Assembly: GCA_001643675.2 (NCBI GenBank)
Contig: LSRY02000039.1
Span: 62,001-126,000 of the forward strand
Direction of reading: 5' to 3'
DNA: 64,000 bases
Origin: Monocercomonoides exilis PA203
Taxonomy: Eukaryota > Protista > Preaxostyla
The position numbers and the translations under genes are program-made. Below are positions 1-12,339 of this stretch, piece after piece (the first letter of the stretch is position 1; each line of letters begins with the position of its first letter). The notes beneath the pieces are model-generated. The model was not told where the DNA came from and made no database searches. It was given only the letters and a program-made list of their open reading frames with translations.

Positions 1-722
1 AAGCAGATGGGGGGCACAGGCACACAACGAGATAGAGAGATATAAAAAGACTGAGAAAGAATAACAAATTGGAAAATTAAAAAAATAAAAGAAAAGAAAA
101 GAAAAGAAAAGAAAAGACAAAGAAAGAAAGAAATTAAATAAATAAATAGATAAAGTGGCAGAAGAAAGAATTCAGGAAGCGTCATATAAAACAAAAACGA
201 AAGAAAGAGCGAAAAGGAATAAATGCAAGATAAGAAAGCTGAATGCTTAGATGTCTCATAAGCTAGTCTTTTTTATTTTCTTTGCCATGTCATTCCGTGT
301 CTTTCCAGACATTTTTTGCTGGCAAAGTTAAAAAAATACCAGCAACATTATCACATTCATTAACTCTCCTTTTCTCTTTAATAGCTAATTATTCCTTCGC
401 TCTTTCTCTCCGGAGCATTTCTAAGTTCACTCCGATGCAACCCAAAACTGTTCCATTGGAAATTGAACAAAATTATAACAGCCGTGTTTTCATAATGATT
501 TGTCAATAAACATTTTTGTTTATCTACATTTTCTTTTCTTTTCTCTTTTAGTTTAATTTCTTTTATTCCTGTTATAATTCTGTTCAGATAGCTCTACTCA
601 AATCACAAAAGATATTCAACCGATTTTATTCATCCTCCTCTTCTTCTTCTTCTTCACTCTCTCTTCAATTTGCCTTTTTCTTCTCTCCTCCATCATCTTC
701 TTCACCTCCCTTCCTTCCCTCT

Positions 723-2267
723 TTAATTCGCCATTCTTTTCATCACCTCCAACAGCTCCTTTCTCTCCTTCGTTGCTTCTTCGTTGCTTCTCTTGATCTC
801 TGCCAGCAGCTGCTCGTTCTGCGCCCTCAGCGCCTTGTTGATCTCCACCAGCATCTCCATCTGCTTCAACAGCGCATGCATATCTCCACTGCTAGCTGCA
901 AATCCTCCTTTTCCAGACGCAGACGAGGGCGAAGAGCCTGCTCCTGAAGACGACGCTCCATCTTCCACAATTCGCTCTCCCGGCAGCACTTCGCTACGCT
1001 TCTTCTTCACCAGCACAGTCTTCTTCTCCTTCGGCAGTATCTTCACGTAGTTTGTGGGCACAATACCGGTTGCTCCTTTGCTGTTCTCGCAGGTGCTCCA
1101 GTTCGACTTCTGCTTCAGAACCTTCAACTTCTCTTTCGCTTTCATTGCAATCTGCTTCTTTCCTCCGTCTGTTGGCTGGAAGTCATACAATGCTACACAA
1201 TATTCATCAGAATCTTCTTCGACAATCTCCACAGTCACCATATCATCAACGGGTGATTTGACCTCTTCAACAACTGCAGTTGCACTTTCTTTGTTCTCTT
1301 CTTCTCTTCGGCGCTTTTCTTCCTCCTCTTCTCTCTTCTTTTCTTCTTCTCTTCTCTTTTCCTCTTCCTCTCTTCTCTTTTCCTCCTCTCTTCTTTTCTC
1401 TTCTTCTCTTCTTCTTTCTTCTTCTCTTCTCTCTTCTTCTCTTCTTCGTTCTTCTTCTCTTTCTCGCTCTTCCTCTTCTTTTCTTCGCCTTTCTTCCTCT
1501 TTTCTCTTTTCTTCTTCCCTCTTTCTTTCTTCTTCCCTTTCTCTTTCTTCTTCTTCTTCCTTTCTTCTCTTTTCCTCTTCAGCTTTCTTTTTCTCTTCCT
1601 CAGCTGCTTTACGTTTTTCCTCCTCGCTGTCAGAGCTGTCTTCGCTATCGTCTTCTTTTGCAGATGGTGATGCTGGCTTTGGTGAAGGAGAACTTTTGGC
1701 TGGAGTAGATGGACTTGCAGGTGGTGCAACAAACCCTGATCCAGCTGGTGCCATTCGAAGATATGAACCAGGGCAGAGACCTTTTTGACCACTTGCATTT
1801 TCGCAGGTCCACCATCCTCCTTGCTTTTGAATCAACTTCACTCTTTCTCCTTTTGTGAGAACTAAGAATTTGGGATCACCAGAAGGGTTTTTATAATTTG
1901 CAATTGCATCACAAAATTCTGGTTCTCCGGATGCTTGAGCAGGAAGAGCTTTTAAATATGTCATTGGCAAATAACCTATGGTTGTGGAAAATAATCAACA
2001 CAAGAGAATGCAAAATAACCACAAATATAAATAAATAAAAGCTAAAAAACCTTGCTTCCCTTCTTTGCTAATACATACTGCCCATCCTTTTGATTGCTCC
2101 TTTACAAATTGAACGCTATCGCCTTTAGTTGCAGAAAGAAACTTTGCAGGCTGAAAATATTAAAAAGCAATTTAAATGTCAAAAAATCAAGTCCAAAGCA
2201 TTTTGCATACATCCTTCGAAGCATAGTTTGCAATAACTGTGTGCGTTGGAGTAAATGAACGAGACAT
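723..2267 (-). CDS. Triple-SH3-domain adaptor protein with a central E/R/K-rich charged helix and a C-terminal coiled coil; 3 exons (2267-2211, 2150-2051, 1975-723)
   Basis: GT-AG introns 2210-2151 and 2050-1976 join in frame. SH3 #1: HTVIANYASKDPAKFLSATKGDSVQFVKEQSKGWAVCISKEGKQGYLPMTYLKAL. SH3 #2: CDAIANY...GWWTC...GLCPGSYLR. SH3 #3: CVALYDF...NWSTC...GIVPTNYVK. EEEKRR repeats lie between #2 and #3. Confidence 0.88.
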
Positions 2268-3367
2268 AACGATTTGTATTTGAGAGATCGATTTGATCAC
2301 ATCCCCTATTCCATCAATTTCTGATCTGAAGAAAAATTGTGATCTGTGCCCATATATGGAAACATTTCGATACAAAGACTGTTTTCCTTTTTATGAATTG
2401 AGCCCTTGAACGTGATTTTGTTAATGTTTTTGCATCAATGATTTTGAATGTTTTGTGAAAATTAGCATTTGCATGGAGACGTTTTGAATATGAAAATTTG
2501 AAAACGTAAAATATATATTTTGATAATTACAGTTGTTTACTTCGCACTCACATTTCTTTGATTGGGCATTACGTTTAAAATAACTAACGAAATATTTAAA
2601 TTTGTTGAAATGTTTATATATAACTTAATTCTCATGTAAATTGTTTTATTTTTCTTATTTTTTGATGATTATCAGTTGCAGATATTTGTAGATGATATAA
2701 AAATAAAATTTTCCTTACAGTTATTTTTTATTTAATTTATTTGTTATTGTAATATTAGGATTGTTGTTTGTCATGCAAAACTTTCTGTGCAACAAAATCT
2801 TAGTAAAAAAAGAGCGTATCATTTATTTTTTTATAATATAAAAAATTTAACATAATCAAATTAAACACGAAAACCTAATAATATTTCAAAATTAAGTGGG
2901 AAAAAAAAACAGAATTATCTTCTACAAAATAGCATTAGCTCATCTCTGAACAAATGTCAATAACATCATCAGAAAAGCCAAGAGCGAGAAAATGATAAAA
3001 TGTTAACTCAGATTATGCATGTTGAATGGTAACATAAAAATGAAAAGATAAATTATTTCAAAAATAAAATTAAATAAAACCAAAGGTAAAAATAAATTTT
3101 GTTTAAAATCAGTTGAAAATTTAAAACGAGAGAGAAACATACTAGAACACACTCTAAAATGAAAATTTTACATATCAAATTATAATTCCAAGCGAAACAG
3201 AAAAAGCCCAATTATATCGAAAAATTATAAATATTGACTTTTATTCTCCTGTTTTCATTTATCTCCTTCATTTCTATCTTTTTTAAAGATCAAACTTTTT
3301 TTCTTTGTTTCTTTTTTTATCTTCCTTCTTTCTTCTTTTTTCTTCTTTTTTCTTCTTTTCAAATACG

Positions 3368-4076
3368 TCAAAATGAATACATGTTAACAGCATCGTCCAC
3401 TTGCAGTGCGGACGAAACAGAATACAGACGTTGATTTGAAAAAGACGAAGAAGATGAAGAAGCTGAGGAAGAAGAAGAGAATGAAGGGATGTTTGAAGCA
3501 GAAGAATAAGGAAAAGAAGAGGAAAGCATAAAGCTTGCAATAGGATCGTTAGAAATCGATGGGTAAGAGTAAGAAGAAGAGGAGGAGGAGGAGGAAGAAG
3601 AAGAAGAGGCATACAATGCAGGAGAATAAGACGAAGGCAAAGGAGAAGCTGATTGTTGGGTGTATGGATAAGAAGCAGGGTGTGTGTGAGCATTTGAATG
3701 AGAGCGACAGGATGAGTGAAATGAATGCGGTTGTTGGGTGTCTGTGTGAGGCAGATGGGAAGAAGGGGAATAACGAGAGAGGTATGGATGAGAGGGGTTG
3801 GGTGGATATGAAGAAGAGGAAGAGGAAGAGGGAGAGGGAGAAGAGGAGGAAGAAGAGGGAGAGGAAGAAGAAGAAGAAGAAGTTTGTTGAGATTGAAATG
3901 ATGTATGAGGGGAAGAAGATGTTGTTGCAGTTGCAAAAGCAGGAAAGGGGGAAGAAGAAGAAGAAGAAGAAGAAGTGATTGAAGTGTCAGTGACATGAGA
4001 AGAGTAGCGAAGCTGACTGGTACGAGAGGAAGACAAAGGAGTTGAAGAAGAGGAAGAAGAGGGAGAAGAAGAAGAA

Positions 4077-4109
<33 letters not shown>

Positions 4110-7104
4110 TAATGTTGTGTTAATTGTGAGCTTGGTGGGTGAGAAGAAGAAGAAGAAGAAGAGAACTCGACAGCGACTGAAGTGGAAGAGAAAGGAGAAG
4201 GCGGAGGAGAAGAAGAAGAAGGATGTGGAGTGATGGAATAAACATTGGAAGATAAAGATGAAGGAGAAGAAGAGGAAGATGATTTGTTTGATGGAGATGA
4301 CAAGACTGATGATGATGATGATGATGATGTGGTTGTTGTGGAAGAAGCAAAAGAAAAAGAGGAAGAGGAAGAGGAAGAAGAAGAAGAACCAAGAGGAGAA
4401 GGTGGATGAGTCACCGGAGAGCACAGAGCAGGCGAAGAATAAGGAGATATTCCAAACACTCCATCATTGTCTTCATCATCATCATCATCTTCTTCTTCTT
4501 CTTCTTCTTCGAGCTCAATCAGATGAGGCGGTTGCAGTGCATTTGTGGGTGGGAATGGGGTGGGAATGAAGGGTGGCTTGCTGGCAGAGCCAGTTCTACG
4601 TCCAGATGCAAAAGAAGGAGAAAATGAATTGGAAGAGGAAGAGGAAGAGGAAGAAGGAGAAAAAGAAGGAAATGAAGGAAAGGAAGAAGAAGAAGAAGAA
4701 GAAGAAGAAGAATTAGGAATTATTCCAGAGCCAAACTCGATTTCTCTCTGTTCGTCAAAGGCAGGTGTGTAGACAGTGACACGGCGGCGGAGGATGATGA
4801 TGGGGGGAATGATGGACAGCGCCATGTAGAAGAAGATGATGAGGGCTGGGGAGATGGAGAGAGAGAGAGAGAGAGAGAGGAGAAGGAAATGTTGAGAGAG
4901 AAAGAGAGATAGAGATAGAGATAGAGAGAAATGAAAAGGAAAAAAATAGATAGAAAGGCAAGAAGAAAGAGAAAAAGAGGAAAACGCATAAACACACAAA
5001 GATACATCGACGATATAAAATGAATAGAACAATAAACAGAAGCATACTGACAGAGCCGGTGAGTGTGATGAGGCCAGTGACAATCTCATTCAGAAACACG
5101 AAGCGCTCTTCTCGAGTGAAGTGGCTGACAACAGTGAATGTCCTCAGGAAGGACTTGAGAGACTGAAAGGGTATTCAATTTGGAAAAAGGATAGGGAAGG
5201 AGAGAGAGAAAGAGAAAGAAAGATAAATACATATTTACATAAGATGTGCATAAACAATTGTTAAGGAAAAAAAAAGGAAGATTTCATTTGAGCATTAACA
5301 TCACAAAAAATCTATCAAGATATTCATCCATCCATCCATTCACAACCCATAATCCCCAACTCCAATACGATACGATACACTCCACATCACAACATATACG
5401 CAATCATCATCCACACCTCCTCATCTTCCTCTATCTTCTCCGCTATTCTCTGATCCGCTGACCAGCAGATGATGGCAAAAGCCAATAAACAAATACACCC
5501 AAATGTTGATGTTGCTATGTAATGATACAAAAGCACTGCTTTCTTCTTCCTCTGTGTTTCTCTGCTCTTGTCTGCTGGACGCTGCCCTGAAGGAGAGGTG
5601 GAAGGAGGAAACCTGACTGAAACAGAAGAAGAATTAACAGAAGAATTAACAGAAGAAGAAGAATTTACAGAATTCACAGAAGAAATCGAAGAAAGCCCGC
5701 AAAACTGGCTTTCTCCCAGCGACAGATGCGGAGACCCGCCGTCGAGTTCGTGTGGAGGCGGGCCAAAGTCGAACTCTTCCATGTTTGTCTGATGGACAGC
5801 CAGTGTTGCCCCAGTGCGGATAATCTGAACAGGGGCAGGGGCAGGGGCGGTGGCAGAGGAAGAAGAGGGGGAGGAGGAGTAAGAGGAAGAGGAAGAGGAA
5901 GAGGAATAAGAGTAAGAGGGAGAGGGGGAGGAAGAGGAGGAAGAGGAGGGCGCTGAGGCAGATACACCGCGGCAGCAGCAGGTTGAGATGACACCAAAGA
6001 TGGATATCAGAAACGTTACAGCAAACATCACTGAGCCGCTAACCAAGAGCTGAATTGGAAAGGAAACGGGGAAATTGAATAGAAGCGAAAGAAAGGGAGA
6101 AATAGAAATGATGAAGCAAGAAGCTCAAACATTGTCAAGTTGCTTCGTTCCCTTTGAAGATCAAATAAAAAATAATGTGTTTGAAATAAAATATAAATTA
6201 AAGAATAAAAATCATAAATGAATTAAAAAAGATAGAAAGAAAAACCATAATTGCATGAAGCACAATACATGTGCAAACAAATCCCGCACTAATAATGCCT
6301 ATAACGATGGACATAAACCTCATCACCAATGTCTCGATATTAAATCTTCCATAAAGTTGAACTTTTAATCATTATAAGAGAAGCACAAGAAATGGAAATT
6401 ATTTTTTAAAAATATTCAAATTGTCAAACATGCAAGAATAAATAATATAATTAGAAGCAGAAAGGAGATGATCATTGTGATAGGGAAATATATAAGTTGG
6501 CGGAGAAGAAGATGATGTATCTTCATAGTAATTTAAATTCAAAATTCAAAATCAAAACTGATGAACACAAATGCATCCAGACCTCTTCAACGCAATTCAG
6601 ATTATTCATTACGCATTCGTATTGTAGATGTTGAGCAATTGCCGCCAAGCCTCTGTCAGTTCCATTCACTACAATTTCATTTTTTAATTAAATATCTTTT
6701 CTTTATTATAAGTTTTCAAACCAGCATAAAGAATTCCAGAAGAAACAAAAGAAATAATTACAAAAACAGGGGTTAAAAATGTCATAAGCACAGTCAAGAA
6801 TTGAGAAGTGAATATGATGCAATTTGATCGTTTTTGAGGATTGCATGTACACGTTGCAATCATTGAGAAAATAGAAGTCAATAGAAGAAAAACTCCAACC
6901 TAAAAAATGAGAAACAAAAATAAAAATTGTATTGTGCATTTAAATTGTATATATTGAAAATACTCCAAGAAACAGCCAAATGATAGATAAAGATGAAACA
7001 AAAGTTGCGGATTTGATAATACAGAATATAGATACTACAAATAGTATTAAGCTCAGAAATACATTGATCAATCTGGATAGAAGAGTATTTCCGGAGCAAC
7101 ACAT
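3368..7104 (-). CDS. Putative 8-TM membrane protein (two tandem tetraspanin-like 4-TM units) with a long Ser-rich tail, about 952 aa; exons 7104-6964, 6899-6722, 6668-6583, 6520-6430, 6361-6246, 6151-6131, 6049-5417, 5162-5048, 4845-3368
   Basis: All eight manually chosen GT-AG introns keep the frame (2859 nt total). There are eight hydrophobic segments. TM2-like segments are followed by Cys clusters: GVGVFLLLTSIFSMIATCTC and GSVMFAVTFLISIFGVISTCCC. It could instead be two adjacent 4-TM genes if the 6429-6362 intron is not spliced. Confidence 0.62.
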
Positions 7105-7367
7105 CAAAGTTATGGAAAAGAATAGGGTGGTGGGATAGATCTTGAGTTGCAAAAAAAAATATGAAACATTAAAAAAAATAGTAATAATAAAAATAAAATA
7201 AAATAAATAAAAAATTCATTATCGGTATGTGCAAAATAAAAGAAAGTCAAATTTTTTTCGTCATTTCTTTTTTCAATGGAAATTTAAATTGAATGTGTTT
7301 TTATTTTTTTTGGAAAATATTGCCTTGTTGCACAAAAATAGAAAGCCACAAAATGAAAATAAAAATA

Positions 7368-8141
7368 CTCCATTTATTATTAGAAATTGTTAAACTTTTT
7401 ATTCGAAATTGGTAAACTTATTATTTATAATGAATAAAATTGAGAATTTTTTAAAAAAAAAATTGTTTTTGTGAAAAATTGGTTTTTGTCTGAATGTGGG
7501 AAAGTGAGAAAATATTATGTTCAGTTAATACTTGAAATATTGATGAGAAATTGAACCTCTCATATTATTATTTGTCGAAAAACATATAAATATCTGATTT
7601 TTTTTGATAAAAATTCACATCATTTCTGTCGAATATTTTTTAAATGAATTCTTTTCACATTGTTTGAAAATGAAATAACCAACCAACAAATGTTATTTAT
7701 AATGAAGTTTAGTCATATGAATAATAAAAAGCAATTGAAGAATTTTGAAGATTCATTAACTGATTTATGCTGTTGTGATATTTGTTTTTTCCAGTTAAAA
7801 AAATTGACACAAAAAAACTTTCATGATTGAATTATTCATAATTTGACAACGTGAGGAGAATTAATTCGAAAATTATCCGATTTCAATGATGATTATTTTT
7901 TCTGAAAAATCAAAAAACTTCATGTTTTTCGACAAATAATAATATCAAAGGTTCTATTTCTCTTCCTTTTTTTGAATTAAAAAATGATATAATATTTTTA
8001 TCACTTTCTAACATTCAGCAAAAAACCAATTTTTTACAAAAAAAATTTATTTTTTAAAAAATACTGCATTTTATAAATTTTTAAAGAGAAGTTTACCAAT
8101 TTCGAATAAATAAGTTGACCAAATTTGCAAAACAAACGGTG
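7368..8141. mobile_element. Degenerate foldback/MITE-like element with imperfect terminal inverted repeats of about 250 bp, flanked by TA
   Basis: Exact inverted matches at 7398-7419/8089-8110 (22 bp) and 7562-7585/7922-7945 (24 bp), with alignable sequence between them. Ends read TA|CTCCATTT...AAACGGTG|TA. Confidence 0.7.
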
Positions 8142-8382
8142 TAACAATTTTTGTTTTTTTTAAAGCCAATATTTCTTTATATTGTTTCATCAAAGTTTTG
8201 AATAGATATTTTGAGTTTTTTGTTCAACCACTTATTTAAAAATTACAGACAGAATATAATATCATGTATTTTTGAAGTGAATTATTGGATGATAATAGAA
8301 TAAAAGATAGTGGTTGTATTTCAAAAAAAAAAAGAAAAGAAAAGAAAAAGAAAAAAAAAGAAAAAGAAAAAAAAAAAGAATG

Positions 8383-8648
8383 ATATGGGTGATTATTGTG
8401 GTAATCATATTTTTTTCAAACAAAATTTTTGGTTCAAAAACTTATCTTGAATATTATCAAATGAATATTGAAAAGTGAAAAGGCGTATTGAATGCATTTT
8501 AATCTTTGATTCGGAAAAACTATTTATTTTAAAAAACAATTGTCATGCTTTTTCTCTTTTGAATAAAAATTTACTTTCAAAAAACAAACAATCTTTGAAA
8601 AATCAACACACCGAAAAAAGATATGATTTCAAAAATAATCACCCATAT
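8383..8648. mobile_element. Small MITE-like element with inverted termini of about 35 bp
   Basis: ATATGGGTGATTATTgtggtAATCATATTTTTTTC at the left end versus GAAAAAAGATATGATTtcaaaAATAATCACCCATAT at the right end. No coding capacity. Confidence 0.5.
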
Positions 8649-9170
8649 GGGAAAAAATATGAAACTTCAAGCTCTTCCATAAAAAAAATAATGTACTTTT
8701 CATTAACTTTTACAAACCAAAAAACACAATAACAATGGGTTTATTTATTGATATTAGTGAAATGTTGGAAATTTTGATGTTTGATTTCAACGAGACCTGT
8801 TTTCTGATATGAGAATCATAAATATTTTGAAATCTGAGAAAGTTGAGAAAAGTTATGAGTGAAACAATTTTTATATGCCTTGTACAAAAAAAGCTTGAAA
8901 GTCAGTATTTTCCCACATGAATTGATCAAGTTAATTTATTTTTCTTTGATGATTTTTGTCATAGTATTTTCATAATAAACCACTTGTTTTTTTTTCCAAA
9001 AATCGTTGAAGAATAACTATTTTTTCTGAAGTCGATGTTTGAAATGAAAATATGTGATTATTATTTATTAATGTGGTTGTCACTTTTCAGTGTTCAAAAA
9101 CAAATACACAATACATAATTTTCATTCCGAACATCATGACAAAAAATTTCAATTTTCCATATTTTTCTGA

Positions 9171-9378
9171 AAAGTTCCTTTTGTTTAATTTTCAAAGAAA
9201 ATAAAAATTTCGTATTTCGATCAAATTTTTGTTCCCACTCACAAATTTTTGCTGTCATGTCAACATAATATTGACAATGTTATTATTTCCATCTGAGTGA
9301 AGTTTCGTGAGTGGGAACAAAAATTTGATCGAAATATGAAATTTTTATTTTATTTGAAAATTAAAAAAAAGGAACTTT
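9171..9378. repeat. Near-perfect inverted repeat with 72-bp arms (9171-9242 / 9307-9378) and a 64-bp spacer
   Basis: The arms are reverse complements with only a few mismatches (e.g. ATTTCGATCAAATTTTTGTTCCCACTCAC / GTGAGTGGGAACAAAAATTTGATCGAAAT). Confidence 0.85.
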
Positions 9379-9694
9379 ACAAAAAAATTTTGACAATTAT
9401 TCAGCCACCCACATTTCGATTTATTAATGGTATTTTTGGTATATAAGAAAAATATCAGCAACTGAATAAATACATTTGAATGCATAACCTGTTTCTTATG
9501 GGGGGGAAATAAGGTGAGGGGGGGGGGGGGGTTAAAGCCTCCCGTTGAAATCCTATCAGTTACAGGTTGGTTTAAAAGTATTAAATTCAAAAAAAATACG
9601 CATTTAATGTGCAAAAAATAAAATTTCTATGAAAATTGAAATATATAAAAAAATAAATAAATTGGCTTAATGATCATAACCCAAAAAATAAAAA

Positions 9695-11007
9695 ATGAAA
9701 AAGGAAGTTGCAAGGAAATCAACTGCGGGTCAACTGAAGCTGCGTGAGGCGATGCTATCATTCAAATATCGGCAATTTCGGAATCCACTGGAGCGAATGG
9801 CGCATATTGTTAACGATGGAGCTGTGCGTATTGTGGATGCATACAACAGCAAAAAATTCAGCAAAATTCGAATCAAGCGTGCGGTGAAGACTGTTCGGCA
9901 AGGCCCACTAGTTTCTAAAATTGGAAGACCTGCTGTGGTCATTGGCGAAAAAGAGCAAACAGTGCTGTACGAAATAAAAATAGAATCACTGTCTGGAGCA
10001 AGCTTAACCATCAAGAAAATGTGTGAACTGGTTTGCACACCAATTCTTTGAAATGGATTTATAAATATTAATTAGATTGAAAATGTTGTTAATGATTTGA
10101 AGCCAGAAAACACTCCAGATGTTGCAGATTTTGCGTCAGTTGCCTACGATTTCATCAAAAAACATCCCGAGCTGAAGACATCAAAGCCGAAAATTGTTGA
10201 TGCAAACAGGCTTGCGGTATCATGCCAACAAGTTCTAAACCCTTTAATGATATACTCAATGGATTTCATCAGAACAACAGTTACAACAACGCACTGATTT
10301 TCAACGTGGAGGAGTCATCGCTCAGGGTTCCCGATAGCTCCAATCGGAATGTTGTTCATCTGGGAAATGCAAAACATGGTTTCGCTGAATCTGTTGTACG
10401 AATGGCGAATTCAACACTGATTGCGGCGGTTGCAGCTGATGGTCAATCACTTCCTTTAGTGATTCTGTGGCTGAGGCTCAAAGTTCCTGTTGAATTGAAG
10501 CCTCTTCAGTCTTCAAATCTTGAGATTTGGCTGAACAAATGCGTATGGATGGAATCTTCAACGTTCAGAAAATATGCACTCACAATTCTTCTCCCTTCAA
10601 TCAAAGAAAGAAGGCAACACATGTCACTCGACAAATCGCACTGCTTGCTTCTAATCAACTCCCACATTTCTCGAGCAGATCCAACAATCTGGAGAGAGTT
10701 TAAAAAAGAAAATGTGGATGTTGTGACATTCGTCCATCACAGCACACACATCTGCCAGCCACTTGACCGAGGAGTATTTGCAGTTCTCAAATCAGAGCTG
10801 AGTTCACAGTACGAAGCACCTTCGTCGTCTTCTTCAGCAGCGAAAAGAACAGCTCTTGTTGAAGCTCTACAACAATCAATTCATTCAGCGCTATCACCTT
10901 CTACCATCAAAAGAGCATTCAAATGCAGCGGAGAGCTGAAAGACTCCTCGGGGTCAGTCCTGATGAAGCTTCCTCAATCATCGACTTATCCTCTTCATTC
11001 ACATTAA
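9695..11007 (+). pseudogene. Inactivated pogo/Fot1-like (CENP-B HTH + DDE_1) transposase
   Basis: GRP motif, intron 10031-10075, and a frameshift near 10240. Catalytic motifs are degraded: IFNVEESS (D>E), LLINSHISR (D>N), and HSTHICQPLDRGVF (third D intact). A possible right end lies at 11321-11359 (two GTACTAATAAAAA direct repeats, then GACCC|TA). No left TIR found. Confidence 0.85.
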
Positions 11008-11561
11008 AATCGATTTGACTTCCACGGCAAAGAAATAACGGAAGAAAATGTACTAAATGAGTGGGATGATTATTTGAAAAAAATATTGAAACGAAAAAAT
11101 ATGAAGTAAACATTTCCTATAAAGAAAATAAGAAATAATGAATTTCACTTAAAAGCTGAAAAGAAAATTCAAAATACTTCAAGATGAGAACGACATTGAG
11201 AAAGAATCATCTGATGAAATTGAAAGAGGAAAGTGAAAAAGAAAAGTCATACGCAAATTAGATTCGAGTTTTGTATTTTTTTGTATTTTTTTTTTGAACT
11301 TTTCATTTCGAAAAATTTAGGTACTAATAAAAAAATGTGTACTAATAAAAATATGACCCTATCCAAATTTGACTGTATTTCATTTCTTCTTTAATTCTAT
11401 AATATCATCGATCAAATTTGATTGTACTTCAAATAATTGCCTATTGAAAATTATCAATCGTTTTAATTTGTTTGAGGGTGATGTATCACGTATTAATTGC
11501 AAGAATTATCACGATAAAGCGTGATTTCAATACACCCAATGATTTTTCATTTGCGACTTTT

Positions 11562-11562
<1 letters not shown>

Positions 11563-11610
<48 letters not shown>
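11563..11610 (+). repeat. Poly(A) run, 48 nt
   Basis: Read directly from the sequence; no exact flanking target-site duplication. Confidence 0.9.
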
Positions 11611-11611
<1 letters not shown>

Positions 11612-12339
11612 CGATACTTTAATTTTCACTTCAATCGGTCTTGTGGAAATATTTTCTTTTTTTTTAATTTTTGTGATCTCAATATTTCAAGATTTTTGGG
11701 ACTTATGAATAATGATTATTTTATCACCAACAAATGATATATTAATTGCAATTTGCTGGAAAAAAATAATTACCAAGAAATAAAAATGATCATGTCGAAG
11801 TTAGATTTTTATTAATAAAAATTTATCATATCATTTATGTGAAAAAGATATAAAAAATTACAAAAAGATAAAAATTTCAAGAAAAATTTGTTTGAACCAT
11901 AAATTTCTTTCTCAAAGTTAGAAACTCAAAATGTGAAAAAAAAATACGTATGAATATATGCAATTAAGAATGATTAATGGTGTTTTCAATCTAGTAATAG
12001 ACTTCAAAGTAAGTTCAAAGACACAAAAGGATCTTTCTTTTCAAAAAACAAAAGAAACTTTTCAAAAGTTCATGTGCGATTCAAATAACTTCAAAACCCA
12101 AAAAGAAAATGTGGATTTACAATGAAGGAATTCAAATCATTAACATTAATTTTTTTATTCAAGAAAAATCATAAAATAGCACACAGAAAACCTTATTAAC
12201 AAATATACACATCCATATTCTGACAAACAACCCTATGAACAGATAAAGGAAAAATAAAAATTATAATTAGTTACACACATAGCAAAATTTTGTTGAATAA
12301 ACAGAATTTGAAGAATACTTCAAATGTATTGCATTTGTA

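Noticed and set aside
1-509. Possible minus-strand exon at 1-50 (TTTCTCAG acceptor) and ORF 282-509
   Set aside because: No upstream exon or product could be supported from this window.
3283-5007. Many overlapping ORFs with poly-L/K/M/H/E (also across 23159-28191 and 784-1798)
   Set aside because: Shadow frames of TCT/TCA/GAA-rich low-complexity exons of the real genes.
11563-11610. Poly(A) as a retroposon tail
   Set aside because: No exact TSD (GCGACTTT vs GCGATACTTT) and no recognisable SINE/LINE body.
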